NCBI RefSeq assembly: GCF_009914755.1 | Contig: NC_060932.1 | Reading direction: 5' to 3' (one strand) | Source: the human T2T-CHM13v2.0 reference genome, Homo sapiens | DNA length: 64,000 bases | In this document: one piece after another, positions 28,794 to 44,052 of the stretch | Layout: the number at the start of each line of letters is the position of its first letter | How positions within the stretch are numbered: the first letter of the stretch is position 1 | Translations under genes and position numbers: made by a program | The notes under the pieces: generated by a model | What the model was told of the DNA's origin: nothing | The model's input: the letters and a program-made list of their open reading frames with translations, nothing else | Databases searched by the model: none

Positions 28794-30598
28794 CTGAAAA
28801 CAATAAAAGTTATTGTTACATTTGTGAAACTTAGAAGTAAACCTCTAAATGAAGTCTCCACATTTACTTTTAAAAAGCCAAATAAAAACAAATTTTTAAT
28901 TACTAGACAATATTACCTCTCTACTTTTCTAGAGGCATTTTTGCAAACCACTTGAAAGCCACATCATTCTATCCTTGTTTTGCTAATCAGACAAGTAAAT
29001 ATGTTTTTCTGTGATCTAATGCAATTTAATATTGTGAAGTATGTGTTAGTATGCAAAAACAGTAAAGACCGTGAGATTTGGCCACCAGTAATTTCTCTAC
29101 TAACCAAGAACTACAAAAAGAAATGTAAGAATATTCAGTAGTTTTATGTAAAGACTCCTTTAAATAACTTTATTTATCATGCCTATTTAACTACAGGAAG
29201 CTCTGGCAGATTAAAAAATGCATAAATAAATGCCAAGTCGCTGCCTGATCCCACCCCAACAAACTAGTTGCAACAGTCTAGGGACTACTCTGCATTTCAA
29301 AGTCAGGATGGTTCACATCTAGTCTGAACTGAGGACCACAGAGAGATGACTGTAGAACAGCCTAACTGCCCAGGTAATTACTCTGAAAGACCCTTGATCA
29401 AACACCCCTTAAGGGCCTCCTAACAATCGCCATGTTATTGGTGACTTTATTCCCTTTCTCCAGAAAAAAAAGATGGGCTTAATCTGTGACATATGGTGAC
29501 AACATTTACTAAGTCACAGATATCTGCTCTCCCGAAAGTTCAATAAAATGCAACAATAAGGGAAGAGAGCACCAAGTTAGTGAAATCCTTGCAAGAACTC
29601 TCCCACATTTAGCAGCCTTCTGTTTCTGTGACAGAATAAATGGTACCTGTCCTCTCAACCTGCCCTAAAAGAAGTAGACTTATGATTAGATGTCAACTAG
29701 TCCATTTCTGCCCTCAAAGAAGTTTTAGGGGGAGGTAAAGTCCCTCACACCCATTATTAACTAGACACCTGTGATATCCAGAACACAGGCTGTGTTTTGC
29801 CAGCAAACAACTCTGGGATCTACTCTAAGTCCAAACAAGCTTTGCAAGTCCAGGTCTCTCACAAGTTCATAGTAATCTCTTCCTGGCGAGAGCCACAAAG
29901 CAATGGGTGATACCAGAATGGTGCTTACCATTCTTAAGTGGAGAAAATACTGACAGGTAGCCCTGCCTTGGGAAGTGATAGGGAGGTGAAATATCAATAT
30001 ACATGTACCCAGTATTCTGCCAGTCTAATCTCCCCAGATTGTGGCAACAAAAAGGAACCAGCCAGTCAGGACCCAGAATTCTCCCCATGGATATTTAAAC
30101 CAAAATGGGCAACCATCGCCATCAGGGACCAAAATGGATTTAGATCACACAGCTGCACTCCAAGGATTCCTGCCAGCTAGCGGTGCAAGCTAGTTTCAGT
30201 CATTTCATTAATTCTAAATAAATGGCTCCCACACTGTCCATGACTATAGTTTTGGTCCCCATTTATCTCTATTAAGAGACCTAATTGTCACAGGGGAAGG
30301 AGTGTGCCATGTCACAACTCTGGTGCCTAGGGGCCCTGGCAGAGAATACAGCTGTTAGTTGCATGTTGTCAGACATTTTTTGAAACAAAAGTCCCTTTCA
30401 ACAAGGTATGAGGAACAGTTTACTCTCTCCTTAACTGTAACGAAATGGCTTAAGCCTGGTGATGATGGCAAATGACACACAGCTTTAGCAGCATGAAAAG
30501 GATGGTAAGGCATTGTTGCCAATGGGGAGTGTTTGCCCCATTTAAAACTCAATCTAGATAACTGTCTTCAAAAGAAACAAAAATTCAGACTCTTATAA

Positions 30599-30911
<313 letters not shown>

Positions 30912-31644
30912 TGATTCATGTTTTAAAACGCTGTGTGAACAAAACACGTTTTTAAACCAAAAGCAGCAGTCCATGGGCTCCTGTATGCTACCTCTGAGGA
31001 AGCAGGACATTCTCTTTTCCACTAGTCCCACATTGGGCATTTATGACAACCTGAGAGCACCAAGCGCCTGAGACAGAAGGGGCAGAAAGAAGGCAGAAGG
31101 AAACCAAAGACAAATTTCTGCATCTATTTCAGAATGCTTCCCAGGTCTCCCATCTCTTCCTTTTCACTTCTAAACCACAGAAGTTGACTCCCAGCATCCA
31201 AAATTCAGAAATGAACCTAACATCATCATGATCCAGTCTTATTTTGCATCAGGTAATCCTTCGCAGGCTAGTCTATGAACTCACCCCATATGTATTACAC
31301 TGTTTCTACAAGATCACATGATTCCAATATACCTTAAGTGAACTCTGAGAACCCAATTTGGAAATAAACCTGTATGCTGACAGTCGTGTTCTCAGCATCT
31401 CTCATAAATACCAATATTCTGCAAAGTCATCCACTTTCAAAACTCCCATGATTTCAAAACTTCCATCATCCTTATATATTTCTTCCTCCCTGTGCCCTTT
31501 TATTAGTCATCATGTACTGGTGATTTTTTTAAACAACACTTACCTATCATTCCCACACCACCAGTGTAAGCCAAGCCCTCAACACTTCACACCTAGACTA
31601 CTGCAACTACCTCTAAACTGGTCTACCTGCCTTTAGGCATTTTG

Positions 31645-32540
31645 TTTTATTTTTTTAAAGACTTTATTTTTTAGAGTAATTTCAGGTTCACAGCAAAATT
31701 AAGAGAAGGTTAAGTATTTCCTTTATAACCCCTGCCCCAAAACATGTATAGCTTCCTCCATTAACATCTTGGGTGGTACACTGTAACAGTTGATAAAAAT
31801 ACACTGACACATCATAATTGCCCAAGACCTAGTTTACACTGGGGTTCATTCTTGGAATTGTACTGTCTTCAATTTTTTGGATGAGTTTGAGAAGGACTGG
31901 TATCAATTCTGCTTTAGATGTTTGGTAGAATTCACCAGTGAAGCCAGCTGGTCTTGGGCTTTTCTGTGTTGAGAGGCTCTTGATTACCATTTCAATCTCT
32001 CCACCAGTGACAGGTTTGTTACCTATTTCTTTATGATTCAGTCTTGGTAGACTGTGTGTTTCTAACAATTTATTCATTTCTTCTAGGTTACACATGTTGT
32101 TGGCATATAGTTTAAGTAGTCTTTTATGAACCTTTTTATTTCTGTAGCATTAGTTGTAATGTCTCCTCTTTCAGTTATGATTTTACTTCATTTATTTTTT
32201 ATAATTTTAACTTTTATTTTAGATTCAGAGGGTACATGTGCAGATTTGCTACATGGGTATATTGTGTGATGCTGAGGTTTGGGGTACAAATGATCCTGTC
32301 ACCCAGGTAGTGAGCACAGTATCCAATAGGTAGTTTTTCAGCCCTTATTGCCCTCCTCCTCTAGTAGCCGCCAGCATCTATTGCTGCCATCTTTGGGTCC
32401 ATGTGTACCCAATGTTTAGCTCCCACTTATAAGTGAGAATATGTGGTATTTGGTTTTCTGTTTCTGCATTAATTCACTTGGGCCTCCAGCTGCATTCACA
32501 TTGCAGCAAAGGATATGATTTCATTCTTTTTTATGGCTGC
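31645..32540 (-). mobile_element. Stack of L1 fragments: L1MB-type 3' end (31645-31860), ORF2 fragment (31860-32190), L1PA-type 3' end (32190-32540)
   Basis: ORF 31829..32095 (NLEEMNKLLETHSLPRLN...SPRPAGFTGEFYQT) is L1 ORF2; ggtacatgtgcagatttg...cccacttataagtgagaa is L1 3' UTR. Confidence 0.8.
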
Positions 32541-32549
32541 TCTGCCTTT

Positions 32550-32635
32550 TGTCTCTCCTTATATATATATATATGTCTCTCCTTATATATATATATAATA
32601 TATATAAAAATATATATATATTTTTATATATATCT
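32550..32635. repeat. (TA)n-rich tract with a duplicated tgtctctcctt(at)n unit
   Basis: Seen directly. Confidence 0.85.
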
Positions 32636-33454
32636 CCCATCCACACGGTCAGCACTAACATCCCAGAAGAACAGCTTGCATTAAAAAGTTTCCCTGATGA
32701 AAACTTTGAAACACTGTTCTGAAGACTCTCTGGAGCCTCTTCCTCAGCTCTAAAACTCTGGCGTTATATGGGCTTCAAATAAAATTTCGTTTGAAAAATT
32801 AGATAGGCTACTAAAATATTAAAGACTAATATCAAAAGCAAATGGCAATCTTGGTGTAGAAACAGTTAATTTAAATGTAAAAGATCATACAAGAAGACAA
32901 TTCTTATAAATCTAAACCTAAAGCCATTTTGTGGTACAATTCTCTAAATTGTAATATTTGCATTTTATTAGTAGTATTATATTTGAACAGTATTTTTGTT
33001 ATAATTTTTGATGAGGAATTGTTTGCAAAAACAGGCTGTACAGAATAAATAGTGTTTTATGTGTGAAATCACTCAAAATGGATTAGATGAGGTGCTCAAA
33101 GATTCTAAAATACATTAATTTTAGCTGACAAGACATTACAAATCCTTATAAGATTCTGGTTGTTAGCTCCTTCCAAATGAAAAATATGGGAAGAATTCAG
33201 TTCTAAATGAAAATGAGATGAATCATTTTATTCTTATAGGAACATTTTATCACAAAAATAATGCAGTGCCTTTAAAACTGCAATACCTATAATCCACACT
33301 GAAGCAACCCTAATGCACTGGTAATTTACAAACTTTTAAAGTAGAGTGTGAAGGTATTTTAAAAGTCATCTTCTAAAAACCTCCTTCATTCCCTAACTGT
33401 TCTCTTATCCTAATATTATAGAACAAAGCTGGTTAAATTGTAGATTCATTAAAA

Positions 33455-33612
33455 TTTTTTTCTTATTTCAATAGCCTTTGGGGTAAAAATGGTTTTTGGT
33501 TACATGCATGAACTGTATAGTGATGAAGTCTGAGATTTCAATGAACCAGCCACCCGAGCAATGTACACTGTACCCAATATGTAATTTTTTATCCCTCACC
33601 CCGCCCCCCCAA
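33455..33612 (-). mobile_element. L1PB-type 3' end
   Basis: tttcaatagcctttggggtaaaaatggtttttggttacatgcatgaac...tgtacactgtacccaat. Confidence 0.7.
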
Positions 33613-33880
33613 CCACTTTAGATTATTTTACTCCATTACCTTCATAGTGTCTGTGAGGACCACCTTTTCTGGGATAAAGGAAACTATCATTTCATTCTTG
33701 ATGTTAATGCATATGACATATGGTACCTCTAATGACGTTACAGGTAACACACAGCTTCCCACATTAAACAATTCAATGAGAGACTCTAAGCAACATGTTT
33801 GTGTCAAAAATCAGGTGCAATGTTACTGCATTTAAACAATGTAATCATAAGAGAGAAAGCACGAATTTTAGAGATATTAG

Positions 33881-34176
<296 letters not shown>

Positions 34177-34227
34177 ACGCAGCAATTTTTTATACAGAGT
34201 AAAAAAAAAACAAACACTGAATCATAC

Positions 34228-34342
34228 CTTACTGGTACAACTCTCGCACCTGCAGACTCCAAGTACTTTACATAGGACGCAGCAATATAGTATCTTCCAT
34301 AGTTTTTCATGACTTTATTACGGCATTTTTGCATTAATATTC
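34228..34342 (-). CDS. GGH: GGH coding exon 2 ([38 protein letters not shown])
   Basis: Acceptor ttattag|GA, donor AG|GTATGA; lies within ORF 34017..34370. Confidence 0.98.
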
Positions 34343-34899
34343 CTAATAACAAAAAAAAGTTTAGTTTCAAGCAAATTCCTTTTCTTCTTGCTCAGAAACT
34401 GAAATATATCACAGCAAAAATATCATATTTTATTATTTCAATCCACAGAATTAAATAGGAAGTCTCTCCTCCAAGTCCACCCATAGCCTATGGGAAAGCA
34501 GCAGGGGAGGCTGATCTTACTTTCAAGTAGATCTATCTCTCACCTCATTAGGGAGGCCAAATAAGCCCCCAAAGAAGGCTTACAATAGCACTTGCAGCCT
34601 TCACACAACTGTAGACCTAGAATCCATCTAAAGAATATAGATCCTTAAATTTACAAGGCTGTCACTCCTTTCCCACACATACTCACAGACACACTGATTC
34701 CCTGACAACGAAGCAAAGGAGTGAAAACATCTTCCATCCACACCTCTCCAACATTACCTTAGCCCAAGCTATCAATATCTACCCTCTCCCCACCACACTA
34801 TCATAATAGACTCTTAGAAGGTCTTGTTATATCTTTTCTTAAGAAACCCCCCCAAGCTCCAAGCAGCTCCCCATGTAGAAGCAAATCGGATCATATCAC

Positions 34900-35775
34900 C
34901 ATTCCTATTCCTACAGTCATTCAATATATACTGTTGAATCATACCTCATGCCAGGCAACAAACTAGCTGCTGGGGACACATGACTATGAGTGAACCAAAC
35001 AAAAGCCCCTGCCCTGTGTGCATTAATTCGAGGGTGTAGCAGGGAGGGGAAAGAGGACAAACAATAAACAAGACAAAAAGGCATAATATATAGAGTGATG
35101 GCTGGTCATAAGCACTAAGGAGAGAAAGACGGTGGGGAAGGAGAGCCCATCTATGTAGGAAAGGACAGTCTCTTCAACACGGTGGCCAGGCAAGTCCTCC
35201 CTGAGAAGGTAAAACATGACATTTGAGCCAGGACTTCAGAGAGGTGACAGAGTAAACCACATTCATATATCTGGGAAAAGAGCAATCCAGGACAAAGGAA
35301 TAGCAAGTGCAAAGGCCAGGAGTCAGATTTGTGCCTGTCACGTTGCAAGGAATCCATATTATTAGAGCCAGGTGAGCGAAAGCAGAAAGCAATAGGAAAG
35401 GACATCAGGTAGCGATAGATCAGCAAGCAGGTGTCACCACTTTGTTTAACTACCTCAGTGGGTCCCTAAACTTTAATAAACTCTGTAAGACCCGTATGCT
35501 CTGCCCCACCCATCTCTCTGGCCTCCTTTTACCAGTGAAACCCAGCCCCAGCAGAGTATAGCAACCAGTATACATCAAAACACGTCTGTCGGGTGAGTAC
35601 CTGTGCCTACTCCTATTCAGCACTTCAGCATTTGGAACACTTTCAGTGTCTCTGTAGGCCACCTGATAGGAAGAGCTGTTGTCTGTATTACTCACTTTTG
35701 TATTCCCAGCTTCTTACAATTGGCATTCATCAGGTATTCAGATTAACATGTCAAACGCCAAAATTTGTTCAGTAA
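34900..35775. mobile_element. L2 fragments in GGH intron 1
   Basis: L2 3' motifs (cattcaat...atgccaggca...aaaagcccctgccct; gacatttgagccaggac...agcaagtgcaaaggcc). Confidence 0.55.
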
Positions 35776-37099
35776 AACTTTTTCTCCTTACTGGTAGGTA
35801 AGATCATCTTCACTAAGGAATAACAAAGTTTGGCTAGGGAACGAAGAACTAGGAGTGTCATAGGAAATGGAGTGGTACAGGGTACATGGGGTGAGGTACC
35901 ACAAAGGAGACATGGGGCATCATGGGAGCACAAGGGTACCAGAAAGAGAAGTACATCAGAGTGAGTTCCACCAACATCTCCCCTTCCCCTGGGCCCACGC
36001 ATATTCACTTTTCCCATCCCTGGGAAAAGAGCTCAAGCTGTTCTCCCTGTCCCTCAAAATATGACCAAAATTCCACCAATAATTTAAGGCCATCTCACAA
36101 CTTTTGTGGCTTGTCATCTTTCAATCCTTTGCACTTCCCAGAGCAAGATTGTGTACATAGTCGGTACTCAGTTAACGATGTTGTGCTGATCTCAGTGACC
36201 AAAAGCAAAGTCCCTTTTTTAAATATTTGACGCAGGGCTACCCCTGATTCTAGGAAAGGGGAAGAATCCCCTCTGCTTTTTTTTCTCTTCTCTGGACACA
36301 CAATATGCAACCTGTTACATTAATTACAGCTTGAGTTAATTCGTGGAGAATCAAATCACCATGTTAAACAGCTATGAAATAAGTTCCAAATATTAGTAAG
36401 CAACCCATTTGAAAACTGGGCACTACCTATATAAAAAAACATTCATCTACTTTCTGTTTAGTTACAGAATACAGTGATAATATTCATAGAAAAAAATAGT
36501 ATGAAAGGCATAATCCTACAGCCAAAATAAAACTAATCTTAATGTCCACACACAAATTTCTTTGGGCAAATTTTAACCCCAGGATGATTTCTCTTAGGTA
36601 GCTTTCCTTGGGCCTGTCTCAAATGTGTGTTTTGGTAACACAGACTGATTTTACTACCTCTTTAAAACACAAATATGTTGGAAACGAAAAATTGTGGGCT
36701 GCATTTTAACACCAAATAGAACTCACATTAGGATATCAGCCACTGTTGTCCTCTGCTACTGAACATGACAAAATCCAAGTTATACCTTAATTTCTTGATT
36801 TTCTATTACAATGCACTGGTATTTTAAATACGCCATCAATACATTTTGATGAATGCAATGCATGTACAGAATTTGTAGATGTAAATGAGTAAAACTTCCC
36901 AACTATGTGCGAAAAGGAAATGTTTTATTTTAGTAGAAATTCCTAGCTGTGTACAAAAAAAGAAAATCCGCAGGATTCTTCATGGTGCACCCTCCTCCCT
37001 CCCACCTTTAAGAGTCATATGAGTCTAAAGGAATGAACGAGGTACCTCAACCAGGTACATTTCAGTACGACCTAAATGGTGCCCAGCCCGGGTTCCTCC

Positions 37100-38140
37100 T
37101 TGCACCAAAAGCGAAGCACATCTGGGGGTTTTTCCCGGCGGGACGCGCCAGCTGGAGCGCGGCGGCGGGAGGCGCCCAGCGCCAACACCCAGCTCCTCCC
37201 CGTCTGCTGCGGCCCCGCACAGCCTCCTTACCGATGATGGGCTTCTTGGTGGTGTCGCCGTGGGGTCTAGACAGCTCGAGGCTCGCCGCCCCGCAGAGTA
37301 GCAGGCCCAGCACGCACAGCAGGCGGCCCGGACTGGCCATGGCGCTCGCCGCCTCCCGCCGCCTTTCAAAAGCTCTGCGGGCGGGCGGGGGCTGCGGCAG
37401 GGACACCTCGCGGCAGCGCACTCGCGTGAGACTCGGGTGGGCGGTGCTCCGCAGCGTGGGCCTCTGGGAAATGCAGTCCCGGCGCGCGCTAGGCGGCCGT
37501 GGGGCGGCGGTGGGAGGCTCTGGGAGTGCAGCCGGCGCTGCGCGCCCGCCCCATTGCTCTGTCCCCGGTCCGCGACCGCGACCGCGACCCCGACCCCCAC
37601 GGGCCGCCTAAGCGGAGACTCTGGAAACGCCTGGGGCGGGTACCGGGTGGTCTCCGCGTCCTTCCCTTTCAACTGTTACGTCGATGTGGACTTCAGTCAC
37701 CCGTACAAAGCTGGGCTGGCCAACCCAGGTCCTCGAGAGGAGAGGTTGGGTGTCCCCGGCCGAGTTTGGTAACCAGGCAGCGGGGAGGCTGGCAGGGGAT
37801 TCTAGAAGGCGCCTGAGAACTGCGCGCCAACCGCACCGCCCCCTTGAAGGTCGGGGCCCTATCTCCGGGAATGGTGACAACGTTCGCTGTACGGACAGCC
37901 TGTGCCCCTGAATGTGAATGTCCACACTTGCTATTTGGGGGGTCGCGGCATCTGTAGGAAGTGAAGACGGGACGGCGATAGGAACACATGCACAGGCGCA
38001 TCACTAGGGTCAGAACTGGGCCAACTCCGGGCGTCTACTTTGAAGCGGGCACGCCCAGGCCACGCCTGCAAACGGCGTCAGCTTCCTCTGATCAACCGCG
38101 GTCAGCGCCATCCACCGACCACCACTAAGCCTATCCACCG
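37100..38140. promoter_or_regulatory. GGH: CpG island / TATA-less GGH promoter with GC boxes, two ZNF143(SBS)-like motifs and an NRF1-like site
   Basis: Sharp rise in GC and CpG around exon 1; GGGCGG boxes (~37380-37389, 37633-37640); minus-strand gactgcatttcccaga (37463-37478) and gctgcactcccaga (37519-37532); tgcacaggcgca near 37989-38000. Confidence 0.9.
37232..37340 (-). CDS. GGH: GGH coding exon 1 (signal peptide; MASPGRLLCVLGLLLCGAASLELSRPHGDTTKKPII-G)
   Basis: ATG in strong Kozak context (gcgccATGG), hydrophobic signal peptide, donor G|GTAAGG at 37231. Confidence 0.98.
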
Positions 38141-38978
38141 GGGCAGAAAAGATGACTGGTTCCTATTCGTTAAAACTGTTGATTGTTCCTAAATACATGG
38201 ATATATAGCTTGTACTCAGTGAAAGTTTCCATCTATAAGGGCCAACTGAAATTCAGCATAAAACAAGAATATTTGAAAACCTGCTACATCAATGCTCAGT
38301 ATTAAGGGTGAAAACGTAAATTGGACAGTCTTTTTCACAAGAGGTTTAAATTCAGTAAGGAAAAAAGGCAGAAAGCGTGACTCGTAGAGACAACAGGAAC
38401 AATTTTAGCATGTTGCAAGAAGAGTAAATGCAGTGAATAGTCTGGTTTAACAAGAAAATAACGCTTCTGTAGAAGGGTGTGGTGAGAGGTAAGCAACAAA
38501 GGATGTGATGAAAGACATGAAAGGGCTGAGCTGGTTTTGAGCATGATTAAATAGACAAGTAGCCTTGTAAATATGAACTTGTGGTGCCAGAATAATTGAC
38601 TATCCACATAGGAAAAATTTTTTACCCGGCGTTACACACAAAAATAAACTCGAGGTGAAGTGCATATGTAAATACGAAAGCAAAATATTATACTTTGATA
38701 AGAAAATATATAAATATATCTTCCTAACTTAGGCTGTTGGAAGAGTTTCATAAAACATTAAAAATAAAAATGTTAATTAAAAATTGACTATATAAGAAAA
38801 TTAAAGTTAAAGCACAAACTTGGAAAATATAGTTATAAAATATAAAGTATTTCTAAAATACGCGAAGAAATAATAAGAAAAATGACACAATAGAAAAATG
38901 GAAAAAGAATGTGAAAAGCAAACCAAACTTTCTGTAGTCATCAGAAAAATGCAAGATAATATGTCACATCCATTAGAC

Positions 38979-39345
38979 TGTGTAGAAAAACAGCCTGTTT
39001 CCTGGCAAGAGTGACACCATCTTGAAGCAAAACTATCCTGGGGACTGATGTTTGACCCACAGCATACCGAGGTGTTCTGCAGCAAAGGTCTTTAAACAAT
39101 GCTCATAACATATATAACCCCTCATAAAGATGCTTATCTAACGTCCCCAGTGATCACAATAATCTAAGAGCTAACTAGTTGCACTTGTCTTTACCCTAGA
39201 GGCTTGCTAAATAAAGCATACTTTCTGGAGGGCAAGTGCAGGGGTCGCTTCTGTTTTGTCTCTACTAAGTATTTCTTTCTGAGAAATTCGATTGGTCAGC
39301 CTCTTTGGTCTCCCAGCTTCCTCCATCTTTGGAAGCAGGTTTCTG
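38979..39345 (+). mobile_element. LTR47A-like solo LTR inserted in an old L1ME
   Basis: gtgacaccatcttgaagcaaaac...gtgttctgcagcaaaggtctttaaacaatgc...acccctcataaagatgcttatctaac. Confidence 0.65.
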
Positions 39346-39624
39346 TAAATTGACAAAAATGTAAGCCTTTGATAATAAGTCAAGGATGTAGTAAAATGAC
39401 AGTTCTCTGCATTTCTTGTGGAATTGTAATTATTATAACTATTTTTGAGAAAAATTAAGCAATATCTGGTAAAGGTGAAGATCTAAATGTTCTGTAACCC
39501 AGTACATTCCGGATATAAGTGTGTACCTAGATTAATGCGTGCTCATGTGAACAAAAAAATATGTGTAAGTATGCTCTTTGGAGCATCTTTTTGTAATAGT
39601 AAAATATTAAATGTAAATGACCAA

Positions 39625-42258
<2,634 letters not shown>

Positions 42259-42259
42259 G

Positions 42260-43975
42260 CCTGACATGCATGTGCAAGCGACTCCACTGCCACCACCCTG
42301 ATGAAGTGCTTTGGTTGGCACTCCTCATCAGAGTATTGTTACCAGCAGACTGGGAGCACCTTAGCTCCTAAGGTGCAGTAGGTGCTTAACCTCAAGGGGC
42401 CAGAGAACAAAGCCATGGGCCTGGTACTAGACCTCCAGGATTATAGCAAGCAGCTCAAGAGTACTTAGCTGAGCTTTGGTCCCCTGAAATCTTCCAGAAA
42501 GAAAACCAGTCAACTAAACCCAACTTATACCACAGTCAAACCCTCAGGGTATCAAAGAATATAAAAGCAGAAAACCCCATCCAAAGAACAGCAACTTTAA
42601 AGTTTAAAGAAACATCAGGCCACTGTGTTCCTGGCCTGAGAAACAACCAGTGCAAGAACTCTGGCAACTCAAAAAGTCAGAGTGTCTTCTTACATCCAAG
42701 TGATAGTACTAACTCCTCAGCAATGTTTCTTAACCAGGCTGAAATGGCTAAAATGAGAGACATAGAATTCACAATCTGGATAGGAATGAAGGTCATTGAG
42801 ATTCAGGAGAAAGTTGAAATAAAATAATACAAGAGATGAAAGACAAAATAACCATTTTAAGAAAGAACGAAACCAATCTGAAGAAGCTGAAAAACTCACT
42901 ACAATAATATAATAATAAAATTGCAAGTATTAACAGCAGCATAGACCAAGGTGAGGAAAGACTCTCATAGCTCAAAGACTGTTTCATTGAATCAACTCAG
43001 TCAGACAAAAATAAAGAAAAAAGAATAAAAAAGAATAAACAAAGCCACTGAGAAATATGGGATTATATAAAGAGACCAAAACTACAACTTACTGACATCC
43101 CTGAAAGAGACAGAAGGAGCAAGCGACTTGGAAAACATATTTGAGAATACTGACCACGAAAATGTCTCCAACCTCACTAGAAAGAACATTCAAATACAAG
43201 AAATGCAGAGAACCCCTGAAAGATACTATACAAGATGACCATCCCCAAGACACATAGTCATCAAATTCTCCAAGGTCAATGTGAAAGAAAAAATGTTGAA
43301 GGCAGCTGGAGAGAATGGGTAGGTCACCTATAAAGGGAATATCATCAGGCTAACAGCAGACCTTTCAGCAGAAACCCTACAACCAGAAGAGATGGGGGCC
43401 TATATTCAGAAAAGAAATTCTAACTAATAATTTCATAGCCAGCCAAACTAAACTTGATAAGTGAAGGAGACATAAGATCTTTAGAGACAAGCCAATGCTA
43501 AGGGAATTTGTTACCACTAGTCCTACTTTGTGAAAGGTCCTTAAGGGAGTACTAAATATAGAAACAAAAGGCCAGTACCAGCCACCACAAAAACACACTT
43601 AAATACATAAACCATTGACATTATAAAGCAATTACACATTCAAGTATACATAACAACCAGCTAACAACACAATGACAGGATCAAATGTGCACATATCAAT
43701 ATTAACCTTGAATATAAATGGGCTAAATGCCCCACTTAAAAGGCACAGAGTGGCAACTTGGATAAAGAAACAAGACCCCACCACATGCTGTCTTCAAGAG
43801 ACCTATTTCACATGCAGTGACAGCCGTAGGTTCAAAGTAAATGAATGAAGAAAAATCTACCAAGCAAATGGAAAACAAAACAAAAAAAAAGGAGTTCATA
43901 TTCTAATTTCAGACAAAGCAGACTTTAAGCCAAAAACAATCAAAAAAAGACAAAGAAGGGCATTACATAATAATA
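42260..43975 (+). mobile_element. L1 copy A (old L1PA/PB type): 5' region, ORF1 and start of ORF2
   Basis: gaaatatgggattatataaagagacc, ccaagacacatagtcatc, atgacaggatcaaat...ctaaatgccccacttaaaag; ends at aagggcattacataat. Confidence 0.85.
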
Positions 43976-44050
43976 AAGATATGTTTGCACCTAGTTATAA
44001 TGATTTAAAATTCATGGTCCAAAACCACAATTACATTTGCACCAACCTAA
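43971..44050 (+). mobile_element. Detached 3' end and TIR of HSMAR1
   Basis: taataaagatatgtttgcacctagttataatgatttaaaattcatggtccaaaaccacaattacatttgcaccaacctaa then TA. Confidence 0.85.
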
Positions 44051-44052
44051 TA

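Noticed and set aside
37570-37597. (CCGCGA)3-CCCCGA hexamer run in the promoter
   Set aside because: Only about 4.5 units; no sign of expansion or function from the sequence alone
37025-38004. Several long overlapping ORFs (215, 192, 111, 105 aa) over the GGH promoter
   Set aside because: Stop-poor GC-rich CpG island; Arg/Pro/Ala-rich translations with no domain; only 37232-37340 is coding
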